The translations under genes were made by a program, and so were the position numbers. Under the pieces are notes generated by a model. It was not told the origin of the DNA. It searched no databases and saw only the letters and a list, made by a program, of their open reading frames with translations. Below, piece after piece: positions 45,501-59,000 of a stretch of DNA of 64,000 nucleotides. Origin of the DNA: Trypethelium eluteriae (lineage: Eukaryota); assembly GCA_051942245.1 (NCBI GenBank), contig JAVECL010000053.1, positions 1 to 64,000 of the forward strand, written 5' to 3'. How positions within the stretch are numbered: position 1 is the stretch's first letter; every line of letters begins with the position of its first letter.

Positions 45501-46441
45501 CAAAGGTCAAATGCATCGAGAGATATCCGAGCACCATGATGGTAATGTCCAGAGTTTCAGCGTTCTATTTACCAATTAGTTTTCAGACAATGCAGAGCGA
45601 TCTTTTCGACATACTTTCACCAGATCCAGGAACGACGTCCAAACATCCATTGCCCATGTGCGGATACCTCTGTTCGAGCCATTGGACGGCCGGGCAGCCT
45701 TCATTATCCACTTCATGGGTTCCGTGGCCGGGCTCTCTTCCTCTCCTTCCTCCTTCTCCTCCTCGATCTCGGTGACCGGTAGGGGTATCTCGCGTACAGC
45801 ATCAAGGAAATGAGGCGCCTGATGGTACGGGACAGAGAAAGCCAAAGTAGTGTCCTGCGATATCGCAGAGAGTGGATTTGTCGAGCAAGGAAGAACGCGG
45901 GCGGAACAGTTCTTAGGGACCGGGACGGTTTGTGCAGACGGGGCCGAGTACGATGCTCCACTTGAGGATTCGGGGAAGACGAATGTGAGGAGGGCCAGGT
46001 CGTTCAAAGACTATCCAATGCTTAGTAAAGCCATCTCTCTCTCTCTCCCTCTGCCTCTTTTGCTAGATGCCAGATTTCAGCATGACATACCTCTTGTCTG
46101 TGATCTCCCTTGCCGTTGTCCTCCATTTGCCATTTCCAGGCAGTATCGTCCCCTAACCTCATCCTCTTACTTCCAGCCAATAGACCGTTGAAATTGGCCT
46201 TGCCTGTCTCACTGGTGGCAGGGACCGGAGGTTCAAACAAGCTGCTTTCAAGCAGGCCCATATACGCTGTGCTTGACAAGACCGCAATAAAGCCAATTGT
46301 GTGGATTGGATGTGAGCATGCTCGTCGTGAGACAGAGAGGAGGACCGGGGTAACGGTCCGATTGAACCATCCTGGAGTATCGTTCTGAGACGCATCTGGG
46401 GAGCCACGAAGGCTAGCGGGAAGCCAGGAAGAAAAGAGCAT
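42552..46441 (-). CDS. HMG1: HMG-CoA reductase
   Basis: N-terminal HPIH motif, sterol-sensing transmembrane region ([16 protein letters not shown]), and catalytic motifs [26 protein letters not shown] and [16 protein letters not shown]. Introns at 46090-46011, 45614-45565 and 43132-43015. Confidence 0.97.
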
Positions 46442-48214
46442 GTTGAATGTAAATGGGAGGAAAATCGTCGGGGAAAGCTTTTAGAACATCCACAATGGTT
46501 CCAAGCAGTATCGCTGCAGTGGTTGTATTTTCCCGTACCTCAATCGGCTTTGTTGCCTCCAGAACTGCGCCTCAACCCAAAGCCAAAGTCTTCCCCAGGT
46601 AGGTTCGTTCGTAGATCAGTTGGGCAATGGGCTCAACTTGAAGACTATGAAAGTCGGTCGGCCGTGGCTATGATATGATCACGATCTTCCCGTTCGACAT
46701 AGGTAGCGATGACTTAGGTTCGGCGGTGAATGGATTGTGATTGAGATTTGCAACTTTGCATGTATTAAGGTCAAGGGTTCGGCCGGGGTTGAACAGTGCG
46801 AAGAGGGCGGCGGAGAGGAAGCGGACAAAGATCAAAAGACGGCGATAGAGGAGAAGTAGGTTAAGAAGTCGAGCGGAGCAACAATAAGCAAATTGCCACC
46901 AATGTTCATGCTGATATGTGGTGCTCGGGAATCTTTTCTAGTGCTGCGGCCGGCCTTGACGGTTCATGCCTGGGATGAGGATCTGAACTCGCCACGGCTT
47001 GGCCAATCAGCGGTCTCGTCCTGTTACCGCTCGAGAGATAACCACCAGATGCTGGGGTCAGCGAAACATCCCGGACTCCGAAGCCCTCACAATTCGTCGG
47101 CTCAGCTCACCTCAGCCTGCTCCGTTTCCTCAATGCGCTTGCTAAGCACTCGCTCGTGCGATAGGCATCTTCAAACGGAGTATGTTGTTGCCATTTGTAC
47201 CTATGAAAAACAATCGACACCAATTCCACACGACCGGGGTAAATTACCTGGTATCTCCAGATTTTGAATGTGCCTGCATAATTTGACGTAGTTTGACGTA
47301 GACTCTGTCAGGGGAGCTGCGTTGATTGGAGCGCCGAAAGTTACATGGGCTATGTATCCCAACCAAGCTTTTGATGTTACGTACGGCAAAGCTGCTCTAT
47401 CATTGGCGATCTACAGACTATGTCGCGTCGTCCCAGAAGAATTATCTAGGGGATTCGGCTTCCAAGCCCCGCAAACCTGATTGGTTGAACCTCATAGGGC
47501 TTGTCTTAACTCATCAATACTGCCGTACAATCCTCATCTTTTCGAGCTTCTATGGATTTGAGACCAGGGGAAAAAAAGAAGAAGAAGAAGAAACAGAGAA
47601 AGAAAAACAGAACACTCGAAATGGCTCTTCATGTCTAGGTCAACAACTCCGAATACTTTCCATCCCGTTGGGACTCAAGGCACCTCGCCCCATGACCACG
47701 CCAGAGCCGTTGCTACTTCAAGGAGTTCGATGGTAGGGATCTTGCATGTCTCGCTTGCTCGTTGACCCGTCGGCCCTTTTTTTGGTCCAGATGGCACATA
47801 TCCTGTCAGTCCTATGTCATCAAGATGCGCGGAATGAGAGAGATTGATAGCACTGACTGAAGGGCGATATAACTTCACGCAGCGCCGCGTAGATGCGTAG
47901 AAATAAGCGTCATGCATAACTCACGCTACAGAAAAGCTTCAAGTTTGGGGCAAGGTTGAGCGAGAGTACAGCTTGGGCAGAAGCACCAGTTATTTCTCTG
48001 ATTAGTCTACGGAAGCCTGGTATTCGGATTCAACCTCAGAAACGCACACGGAAAGATACATGGCGCTGTATGCATGAAGCTCAGAAATGAAAAAAAAAAA
48101 AAAAAAACAAGTCTAAGCAACAACGTTCTCCGTGCATGCTGTATCAAGTCTAAAGTCAAAGAACTCTACGCAATGCTGCGTGGGAGAAGATTGGATACTG
48201 ATTTGGTGTTGATT

Positions 48215-49909
48215 CTAGCGGGTACTGGCTTTTTGCGTTTGAGAGTATGGGTCCAACTTTGCCACAGTGAATCTTGTCGAATTTTCTTCCTCTGAATCCG
48301 TGCCATTCAGGATTTTGCCGAGCTTTGCCCACCATGCTTCTTCGGGGACATGACTGCCACCACGGTATACATCCAAAGCCCACGAACAGACGATCGCACG
48401 ACTTCGACCCTCGGAAATTCCACGGGAATTTGTCACCCCAAATTGATTCTGCCCAAAGCAAGGTAATGAGAGGGCAGACGCAAGATCTAGAGCGAGGCGA
48501 TGACAGGCTGTGTTAAGATCCTCAAGCTCTGTCACCTCAAGACTCCGTAGGTTATAGACATCTTTAGTCACAGCATCTCTCTTCCTAGTAAGAAAGATCA
48601 AAGTGATGGCCCAGAATTCCGCTTGCAGTAGAGAAAATTGATCATTAGGAAAGCTGGCAGGAGGCAAAGAGCAAAAACAGTGCTTTGTACAGGCTCGAGA
48701 GCAAACAACATCCAGATGACAGCATCGTCCTAGCCAGCTTTTGTGCCACGAGCGCAGTCGTTCTTCTAGCAAGTTTTCGTCGACGGATTCAGTCATATCC
48801 AGAGCGATATCAAAGAGTTGATCTCGCCATGTCTTTGGCCGCGTCGACCACGGCACGCTTCTCCATGCTTGACTGGAGAGGAAGGTTTTTTCGCGACGAC
48901 TGAAAGCTATCTGGACCTGGAAGGTGTCAGTTTCCTCGCTACTGGGGTGATAATTCAACTCAACAAATTGTTTAGGAGGGCTTACAGCGACGTCTCTCAC
49001 TTTCTTGAAAATTTCATGGTATCCGGGATCTTGGAAAGGCCCTGGCCCACAGGTTTCCATCAGTGCGATCGCTCCATTGAAATGCCCCTGGTGTCCTCCT
49101 CGATAGGTAATATGCGACCCTTTAGGCTGTGCGCCTTCATACAGCGCCAAAAGCATAGAGGTCACTGCGAGAAGTGCAGAGGGCGGACTGGAGTTGAGGC
49201 GACCGCGATGGCTCTGAAGGGCACTCGAATAGGCGGTCAGACTCATGCTATAGTATCTGGGGTCCTTCTCCCTAATGCTAAGGCGTTGGGTACTGAGGGC
49301 AATCGCTGCTAGATCAAAGGCTTCGTTTCGAAACAGGATAGAAGGAACCCCGGCAGCCCATATGTCATAAGTCACGGAGTACTCAGAATTAAGGTTATGC
49401 CAAAGGTATTTGACATGGTCTGGAAAGTCTCTGTCACTTAGTCCGTGAGGTCCAGTCACCGTTTGTGGGCTGGCGCGACGCTGTGGTCCGTCTGGTGACC
49501 CAAGTGGATGCTCCGCACGAAGCATAAGACTGTTGCTAAAGTCGGGCTTTGCACACTCCTTTTGACCCTGGCGAGTATCTCTTCCCCGGCGAGCATTGTT
49601 CAAAAGCTGTCTCTTTGATAAGGAAATGCTGCTTCCATCAAGATTAATGAAGACATTATGACTCCTTTCCTCGTAACCGCCGCATTGACGATGGAGTTTT
49701 CTGCAGTTCAGGCATGCGGGTCGCGTAGCATCACACTAGCAGGTACAGAGAGTCAAGTCAGCCACAGTAAAGATCTTGAGGACGATACTCTCTCGTCCAC
49801 CGAGGTCTCGCATCTCCGCTCGAGACTGGGAACTTGATACTGGAAGGCATCTACTTACCCACACTCTTCTCGTCTGACAAGTCCGACAGGATTTCGACAA
49901 CGTTCCCAT
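48215..49909 (-). CDS. Zn(II)2Cys6 transcription factor
   Basis: ATG 49909 gives MGTLSKSCRTCQTRRVW | CDATRPACLNCRKLHRQCGGY across intron 49858-49736. Second intron 48985-48917. C-terminal Y..AL...LLALYE...H..GA...GP...TFL....W..VPW. Confidence 0.88.
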
Positions 49910-50539
49910 TGCTCAGTGCAGACAACTTCTCGAAGCACGTACTACGCGCCATGTCATAGGTTTCCATACGTTGAATGGTCAATGGCTTGTAAAGCAGGGT
50001 GAAAAGCGGCTGCGGATCAATCCAATTTTCATCAAGTCAATTGTTGTTCCATGGAAGGAGAATGACTGGCCGATCTGACATCCGTCGGACCCGGTAGAAT
50101 CATTTTAGAGCTGAGCCTCTCGTATGAACGTTGTCGTCTGCTCTGACGTTGTGCGCCGGCCAACACTCGAGGGTGCAAGGGACCCTTCTCAAAACCGGGC
50201 ATGCAGGGTTGACGGGTCGAAGCGAAGAGCCTGGAGAAGTTTAGCTTGCCAAGACGCTTCTCTAAAAGAGCCTCACCCTACTCATCATCTCCACGCACGT
50301 TTCAAGTGTACTATAGATAAGTAATGATTCTAATAGCTGGCTAGTCATTCAACTTCATGCTTTGCATGTTCTCCAATGGCGTCTCCGGAGCTGAAAGTGC
50401 GATCGCTCTTGAATGACTATTTCAATCCTGTACGAAAGGTATAATTCATGCATCATTCTCTGCTACGTCTAGAACTTTTCCTTCCTCTCGATTTCTTGTT
50501 CCCTTGAACCTTTCTCCTCAATCGGTATATCAGGAAAAT

Positions 50540-51313
50540 ATGACATATTTCCTTCTCTACGTCTTCACCCTAATACTCTCTATCCTTCCCCTCCACTCCC
50601 AAGCATGCCTAGGACACGCCCTACTCAAACGCCAGGCTCCTGGCCTCAATTTCACCCTCGGCGACTCCCAACCCCAACCACCGGCCACCATAGGTTACAA
50701 TCTGAACCACTTCGCCATTACGGTACCGAATTACAACGCGACCATGGATTTCTACCTCAACGCACTCGGCTTCCGACATATCTTCACTGTGCCTCTAGAC
50801 GACAAGCATTCTATTAGTTATATAGGATATCCACAAGGTGGACGGAACGGAACAGGTTACCAGACAGCAGAAGAAATGAATCGCGAGAAGAACAACGCAG
50901 AGGGCCTTATTGAGATCCTCTACTCCGAGGTTCGTGTTCGGCCTCACCATCATCGCCTCCCAACCCCACAGTTACCTCCTATATATTCCCCTCTCCAGTA
51001 CGCTGATGGTCTTCGATAGAACGCTAGCAACCGCTCTGCCCCTGACCCAAACTTCGGCGTTGGCTTCTCCCACCTTGGTTTCGTGGTCCCGTCCATTGAG
51101 GAGACGCAGGCCCGTCTTGACGCGTACAACGCGAATATCGTCAAGCGCGTTGGGGCGCCCATCGATGAAAATGCTGCGCTGTATTATTTTGGGCTGCCGA
51201 AGGGACAGTTCGCACCGCCTCAACTCCAAGAGGTTGGGTCGCTGTTTGATGGATTTTTATTAGCGCTGGATCCTAGTGGGTACCTGCTGGAGTTTCAGCA
51301 GCAGGATCCGTAA
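50540..51313 (+). CDS. Secreted glyoxalase/VOC-superfamily protein
   Basis: Signal peptide plus LLKR. NHFAITV......DFY...LGF, LIEIL, FSHLGFVVP and DPSGYLLEF give the H/E/H/E metal ligands. Intron 50930-51019. Confidence 0.88.
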
Positions 51314-51553
51314 CAGTTGGGAGCATTGTGGGTGCCTTAAGGGCTGGGATTGACCCAGGAAGATATCGCATTAGTGATACTTAAGTAGCTCTAAGATCAA
51401 GGTTGCAAGGAGGAAATGAGAGAGGGAGATAATGCATGCTAAAGGAGACGCGTGTGAATTCATCGACCCGAACTTTATGTTTCATAAGTGTTGTATGAGA
51501 AGTAGGAAGACAGGTGCGAGTGCATACAATTATCTTGAACAAGATGAATGGTT

Positions 51554-52345
51554 CTATGTCAACCCTCGTTCCGCCTCCTGCACCTTCACAGCCAATGCGA
51601 TGTCATCATGCGTAATTTGTCGGACAAACTCCTTATCTGCGTCATACAGCAGGACATGAAAATGCTCCACTGCATGAACAGACTTCAGTGACCTCCAGTT
51701 CTTGAACCAGATGACCTGATTTCGCGGAACTCTCGAACGAAAAGTCCGTTCAACAAACTCATCAATCTCTCGTCGGGCTTTCGGAGTCAGGTCGTCTGTA
51801 GCCGGATCATCCTCAAGATCAAACTTGGTCCAGACGACCAGATGCACGATTTTCTGCTCGAGACCATACGGCCAGTCGTTGTACAATATTTTGTAGTCGT
51901 CTGCACAGTCAGGATCACGATTCATAAGGAATGATCAACTTCCGACCAACCTGAATTTGTAAAGGGTTCTCCAGTACAAGCCATGTCATTCCATTTCAGT
52001 CGCTCTTGCAATATGAAGTTCATTACCGAACCATATTCACGCTTGAGCTTCCAAGTGTATTCTTTGTACCTCCGCATATCGGTTGGTACACGTTCGAAGA
52101 GCTCAAGGTGGTTGGTCTCTTAAGCAGTCAAAACAGCTACTTGACATGCCGAATCGAATCTGGAGTTAATGCTTACCGATGAATCGCTGGACTTCCGACC
52201 ATGTCTGGTAGTGATAGTCCTCGTCTTTTGTGCTCAGAATCCGCCGGTCTTTCGCATTAGCATCGGCAAGAAAATCTGGGCAATCTGCAAGACGTCTGTC
52301 CTCCGGCACATTAACTTGCCAGTACGGTAAATTTACCTCCGACAT
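51554..52345 (-). CDS. DUF3605 / GlcNAc-induced Gig1-like protein
   Basis: Three exons: LPYWQVNVP...W.EV...LELFERVP...Y...GSVMNFIL.ERL.W...DYKILYNDWPYG...HLVVWTK...WFKNWRSLKSVHAVEHFHV. Confidence 0.88.
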
Positions 52346-53941
52346 GATGCATGGATGACCAATTAATGTGAGATCAAACACATTTGCTGCATCTGCTTAG
52401 TAGCGAATCTAGGGGAGGAGGTATGGCCATGAGAGAAATTTTACGCGGGCGACTTGACTCCAAATATAATTCTGTACGGAGCTAACCGACGATAAACAGC
52501 AGTCTTTGTCCTGCTTTCACCACTAACCATGCAACCGCCACATGCAAGTACAGAACGGATGAAAGACTGCTTCCGTCGTATGAACAGGCCCCCGAACGTC
52601 AATATATGACTTTTCACATCAGTTCCATTCTCTACTAGATTTTCTCCGTATCCGGAATCAGTGGCTTCAGTTTTCCGGGTAAGAATTAAGTGTGGGACTG
52701 GACAACTCCGCTCGTCACCCTCGATTAAATCTCAACCGCTTTATGCGACTTCTACATGTATTTACACCGATTTTGCGCCTTCACGATATCTTCTATGTAG
52801 GTAATTTGAACTGAGTTATTCTCGCTCCCGATATTTAGGATTATCTCCAAGGATTTTTAAAGTATTGCGGAGGTATGGGTGGTGAGGTGGCCCGTGTCAA
52901 ACTCCGATGCTTGACTCTTACTCAGTCGATGCACTCTGAGAAAGCCCCGAGGCCTATCTCAATTGATCTCTCATCGGTGTGAGTAATCAGACCCACGTTG
53001 CTCGTCCTTGAGGAGTTTGGTAGACTTCAAAAGGGGGATGTGGAGTTGAGAGAGAGGAAGCCGAAAAACTCCTCCGACGTCACCCCCTGAATTTTCATCC
53101 CAGATCCACCCGCAATCTCGGCAGCCACCAAAGTGACCAAACAAACTCCCCCAAGTCCAGCCACCCATGCATTCCCATCCCGAACCTAGAAACATCGAAG
53201 CATCGAAACATTCATCCCAGCGCGTGTTCCCTCTCATTCATTGGGTTACGCTCGTAGATCCCAGATCCACTTTCCGAGCCATTTCATTCGCAGACACTAA
53301 ACATAACTCTAATCACTCCAACGGTTAGACCGGCAAGCTTTCAAGTTTATCTGCCAGGGATAGTGCGTGATGAACCTCCAGGGTCTTCTCCAGGGCCTTG
53401 TGTGATACTGGAGTCGACTGGTGCTGCAAAACAACGGTCGGGCCTGTTAGATTGCGGTGAGGATGCCGGTACTGTGCCCAACAGGGTAATGACCTGTAGA
53501 TTGAGATGATGAAGTTACTCCTGGCCGGTACTCCGTAGGTCTGCTGATTACCCTAGGTATGTGATACTGCATCTGCTGCTCCTCACCTTTGACGCTCCTT
53601 GACGCTTTTGCTATCGTGAAGCTGGTGCTTTCGCTGTCTTTCTCCACACTCCTTTGATGCTCGTTCGACTCTGCACTCACTCGTTCGTGCATGAGCTGAT
53701 CAGCTTCACGTCAATCGTTGCGTCACTCTGACCGGCTTTCATTCTTTAATCAGGAGACCTTGACCCTTCAAGACTCACATACGTTCAAAAACTACTTCTC
53801 GTAGAGCATCTTCCACGCTTCGTGTTAGTCATACCTATCAAATCCAACGACTCACTAAATTTCACGAATCTTAAACTGCTGCTCTGCGACAACTCTTGGG
53901 CCAATCTCCCTGCTACATCAACCACTACAAACAAAACCTCG

Positions 53942-54274
53942 ATGGCCGTCCGTGACCCTGCTTTCTGGCACCGCTTCTCGGTCGCCGTCCACAAGGACGA
54001 AGAATCTAAAGGTCCCGTCTACGCCACCACAACCTCGATCTCTTCGCCATCCTCGCCTCCCTTGAAACACCAGGACTCGTGGCTCGGGCGCCAAGAAGCC
54101 AAGAAGCGACGGCGCGCAATCATTTGCTGGGCCTTCTGGCTCGCGTTCGCGGGAGTTCTGGTGGGTGCCGTGTTTGTGGTGCTGTGGCTGAAAACGAGTG
54201 GGGTGTTGGATAGGCTGATGGATGAGGTCGATGCCATGGTGGAGCCGGGTAGTAGTGCCAGTGCCACTGCGAGT

Positions 54275-54305
<31 letters not shown>

Positions 54306-54370
54306 TGGGAGAAGGAGGAAATGGGAAGAGGGCGTTGGAGGGGATGAGGGTGTATACGTATTATGGATGA
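53942..54370 (+). CDS. Small single-pass membrane protein, hypothetical
   Basis: MAVRDPAFWHRFSVAVHKDEE...DSWL..Q..K.R, then one hydrophobic helix and a PT repeat ((CCGACG)4 at 54275-54298). Confidence 0.7.
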
Positions 54371-54773
54371 AAGGAGGATGAGCAGAGTGGGGTAGGCGAA
54401 TATTGGTACAAAGCACCTGGACCTTGGATTGATGAGGGACTGCGTTCGTTTAAAGACAATGGCTTGAAAAGTACTGACGTCTTGAGTCGTCCCTGCGGAG
54501 AGTACTTTAGTCTGTTCTTTCATTAGATGCATATGATACCACGATCTTAGACTACATTAATGGCCTCAGAAAAAATAAAGCCATGTCTGTGTTGAGGATG
54601 TGATATGTTTTCTGAAAAGCAAATAAGCAAAGTAGAGCCCGTGACTGCAAGGAGTGCTCCAAGGTATCAAAACTCCTATCCGACGCCGCCATATGCAAGT
54701 TCTAGCATACACCTATGGCAGCAAGCAACTCGTGTCTGCCCGAATCCTCAATGTTTTTCCAGGTCAAGCCCTT

Positions 54774-55465
54774 CTAATAGCGCCTTTTCGACGGCTCCGG
54801 ACTTGGACTCCTGCTCGCGCTCCTCTCATCTCTGCCTCTTTCCTTCAACCACTTCCTCGTACTCAGATCCAGCTCCCTATCTAACTCGGCACTTGGCTCC
54901 TTCCGATGTATGAAGTTGCAAAAGCCACCCCTCACACACCCCTCTCCAGAATTCAACCGACAGCAAGCTTCGCGGAAATCCGTCACGGGGCTCAGCTCGC
55001 AGTAGATCGGTCGTGCCGCGTACCAGCGACTGTTAAGTGCGTCGCATGCCTTCTGGGCGCTGTCCTCGTACTTGAAGCGCGCGTACACGTTGCCGATTAG
55101 GTGATCATTGTTATTGTCACATACGACAACTTCCTCGAGCTCGCCGTACTTGCACATCTCGCACCAGAAGTCCTCGTAGAAGGCGTCGAAGTGATTCTGG
55201 ATCTGTGAGTCATTCAACTTGTTCTTTGGGTCATAGGCAGGGTTGTGGTAGAGGTTCGGAAGCAGGATCGTCTGGCTGTAGGACGGTTTGACGTGTTTGC
55301 GCGAGCAGCGGTCGCCGTGGCGGCAGGCGCCGATCTTGTAGTAGAAGGAGCAGTTGACCTGAACGAAGGATATTAGTAAGGATTGACGAGAAAAGTTGGG
55401 TGGTACATTGCGACACTGACCTTGTCTTGCTCTGTACCGAAGATGGAGGCAAGGTAGTTCGCCAT
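54774..55465 (-). CDS. U2AF1: Splicing factor U2AF small subunit (U2AF23/U2AF35)
   Basis: MANYLASIFGTEQDK | VNCSFYYKIGACRHGDRCSRKH (intron 55420-55359), a UHM domain, second CCCH finger ACCR...CVRGGFCNFIH and a short RS tail. Confidence 0.97.
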
Positions 55466-56007
55466 GGTGAATGGCTATGGAGAGAAATCAAGAGTCAAAG
55501 CTCTTCAAAGATGTCGATACCGCAGAAAATGATTATCTACAGCTGTTGAGGGGCGACGAGAGCAGTGAATTGCGGTAGTGGAGCTGGGATCGCGGGGTTG
55601 GTGGAAGTGATCTTCGCGTCGAAAATAAATGTCTTAGAATGAGAGGTGCTGGGAAATATCACTGCTGACAAACCCAGTGGCAAATCTCGCCAACATTTCG
55701 ACCTTTCTAGAATGTCCCTCAAAGCTAGCCATTAAAACGACTCAACACATAATTCATACAGCAGGGCAATATTCACGTAAAACCTACGCAGAGTTGTGAC
55801 TCTAATATCGCTCCATCGTCGCAAGGTTGTCTTACTGGTGACGACACGTTCCACTCCACCTTTGCCCAGTGATGTCAATAGGTCGTAGCTTGCTTGAACC
55901 AAGTTGTCTGGATTTGAGATAATTACACCCAAGTCTCTATTTATGGACAAATATATTACAATTAAATTTTATGGTCGTTTTGCTCATGCCGTATCCTATT
56001 CACATCA

Positions 56008-59000
56008 TCATGTCAGAACCAGTACCACCGAAACACTACCCAGTATCCACAGAATGCGATTCATCGTCAACAAACTCTCTGCTCCGGATTTGGCCTGTGC
56101 TGTACTGCCTGGTGCACCACCTGGAATAGTGGAGCTTCCTGGACTTGCACTGGGCTGACCGAATCCCAAGCCACTTGCAATGTAGCTGCCAACACCTTTC
56201 GTAAACGCCCCTGGATGCAATGTCTCTGTCTGTCCGTTGATAACAACCGCAGTTTCTCCAGGAGCTAAAGAAACTGTTGTACCTGATATGGTTGCTACTT
56301 GGCCTGGGTGAAGAGTCTGACCATTGGGAAGAATGATGCCCTGTCCGTTTGGTGCGTAGGAAATAGGCACTGTCTGAGACCCCAGCGTCATAGATTGTTC
56401 TGCTGCAGGAGCTGTGATAGGAATGGTAGAGATGCCGTCTACGATGAAGTTTTCCCCCGAAGCTAGGGAAATGGGAATACCATTGATGTTGGTTGATTGG
56501 CCTGCGGAGAGGATCTGGCCATTTGGGAGGATAATTCCAGCACCGTTTGAAGCGAACGACAGAGGAATAACTTGGCTGCCAACTGTGATGCTTTGAGATG
56601 CATCGGATCCCGAGCCTGAAGGGCCCGAAAGAGCAATGGAGGAGGAGCCGACTTGAAGGCCATTGTCCGATGGTGATAGGCTCAACGGAACGCCGTTGAT
56701 TTCTGTGGAGGAGCCAGGAGCGAGAGTCTGACCATTTGGGAGAATGATGCCAGCAGAGCCAGGAGCGTATGATATGGGTAATGCAGATCCGCCAACATTA
56801 ACAGTCTGCTGTACAGGCGAAGAGCCGATGGGAACCGTAGTGCTTCCAACCACGAGAGCAGAACCACCAGACGCAAGTGATACAGGGACACCATTGATTG
56901 TTTGTGGGGCAGCGCCCGGCTGGATTGTCTCACCATTTCCAAGAACGATGCCAGAGCCTGATGGCACTTTGCTGTATGAAATAGTCTGACCACCAACAGT
57001 GACAGTCCCAGTAGAAGCGGCGCCTGTAGGAGCTGGCACAGCGAGCGGGACTGTGCTGCCGCCTACTACAATAGCAGACCCAGAAGGAGCTAAAGAGACC
57101 GACTGCCCGTTGTACGTCGCGACAGAGCCTGGACTCAAAGTTGCGCCATTAGGAAGAATAACACCGGAGCCAGAGGGCGCATAAGAAATAGGCACTGCTT
57201 GTCCCCCAATGTTCACAAGTGGAGGAGTGGACGATCCCAGGTCGGACCCTCCAATAGGAACGGCAGAGGCACCTGAGCCACTTCCCACAATTACAGCGCT
57301 CGGTAGCGCCCCGCCTTGAGCAGTGGGAATGGAGATTGGAACGCCTCTGTAAGTTGCACCCTGTCCAGGGGCGATAGTCTGCGAGTTTGGAAGGACAATG
57401 CCACCCGAGGGCCCAACTACAGCCGGAATAGTCGAGCCTCCCCCAGCTGGCAGATTGACCGTAGCCCCCGGTACAATGCCATTCGAACCACCATCTTGGA
57501 CTCCTCCTACTCCAGGACCAATCCCTAGGTTTGACGAACCCGATCCAGAGGAACCAGAAGAGCCAGAGCCTCCGCCAGAGCCTCCGCCAGAACCTCCTAT
57601 GCCTGCTCCACTTCCTGTGTTAGAAGAGCCAGGAGAGCCCGATCCTCCATTGCCAGTTCCAGATCCTGCGCCTGACCCAGACCCAGAGCTGCCCGGCCCA
57701 CTGCCAGAATTTCCACTTCCACTTCCAGAATTTCCCGAAGCCGGCGCAGCGGAGCCTTGAGGTGGCGAGGCACCTTGTGTAGCCGCACCTCCGATGGCTG
57801 ACACAATACTTCCAATACCTCCCAAACCCAGGCCATTGGATCCTCCATTGTTGTTGGAGCCGCCGCTGCCTGAGCCTGAGCTTGAACCCGCATTGCCCTT
57901 ATTTCCACTTGAACTGCCAGTATTGCCAGAGCCTGATTGGCCACCATTACTAGACCCAGAACCAGAGGAGCCTGAGCCTGATCCTGAACCCGAGACTGAG
58001 CCCGAGCCCGAGCCCGAATCCGAGTTACCTGATCCCGAACTTCCTACTCCCGAACTTCCTGATCCTGAGCCCCCACTATTCCCAGACCCCGAGCCCGAGC
58101 CCGAGCCTGACCCCGAGGAGCCTGAGCCTGAGCTACCTGAGCCTGAAGACCCAGAGCCTGAAGAGCCTGAAGAGCCTGAACCGGATGACCCCGAGCCTGA
58201 GCCCCCAGAATTCCCAGATCCTGAGCCGCTTGAACCACTTCCTCCAGACCCAGAGCTCCCACCAGCCCCGTTCCCGTTCCCAGTTGTAGGTCCACTACCC
58301 GAATTACCACCACTTGAGCCACCGCCGTTGGAGCCAGGATTTCCAGGAGCAGGACTATTAGCAGGAGGGGCGGGGTTCCCTGGTGTTGGAGCGTTCACTG
58401 GTTGCGGAGAAGGCGCAGGGGTTGGCTGGTTTACTGGTGATGGCATAGGTGCGGGGGATTGAGGTGGCGGGTTAGGCACTGGCTGGGGCGTCGGCAAACG
58501 TCCGGAGCCGGGTGCGTTACCAGCGACGGTAATAGTTGAGCTCTGGGTGTTGGTGAGTTCGTTGACGGGGATGTGCACGGTGGGTTGGCCTTCGAAGCCG
58601 CCGGGGAAGCAGTTGCTCATATATGGCCATTTCTGGGTGATGGATGGCACGGAGGCCATCCAGCTGATCAGATCTGCTGGAACCTGTAGAGCGATTAGCT
58701 ACAGTTTTTGAGAAGCTTCTCTATAGGACTGGAGTGAATGGCAACTTTACCGCATTAAAATTATCACCTGTCCACTCGCTGACATTCACGTCCATTAATG
58801 GATACTCCGGATTCAGATCGAATGTAAAGGCGGCTGAATTGATACCGTATTGAACCGGGACATTTGGGTTGTTCGGGGAGCTAAGTGTCGCATATGCCTC
58901 AACCGTGGTCGTTCCATGATCTGTGGTGAATCCCGACTCTGTTTCGATACTTTCTGTTTGGCAGACCCAGGGACCACCTGAGCTGGGTTGAAATGGAGCG

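Noticed and set aside
48090..48107. A18 homopolymer as a possible retroposon tail
   Set aside because: No target-site duplication or element body recognised; a simple repeat.
42552..51313. HMG-CoA reductase plus TF as part of a statin or terpene biosynthetic cluster
   Set aside because: Full-length housekeeping architecture, and no PKS, terpene synthase or P450 in the window.
54774..55465. U2AF1 (and the tRNA-modification factor CGI121) in the same window as the intron-bearing tRNA
   Set aside because: They are 17-27 kb away with unrelated genes between, and both are universal housekeeping genes, so there is no evidence of functional clustering.
57794..58462. 222-aa Pro/Glu-rich ORF on the + strand
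   Set aside because: Antisense shadow of the Gly/Ser tract of the cell-wall protein.
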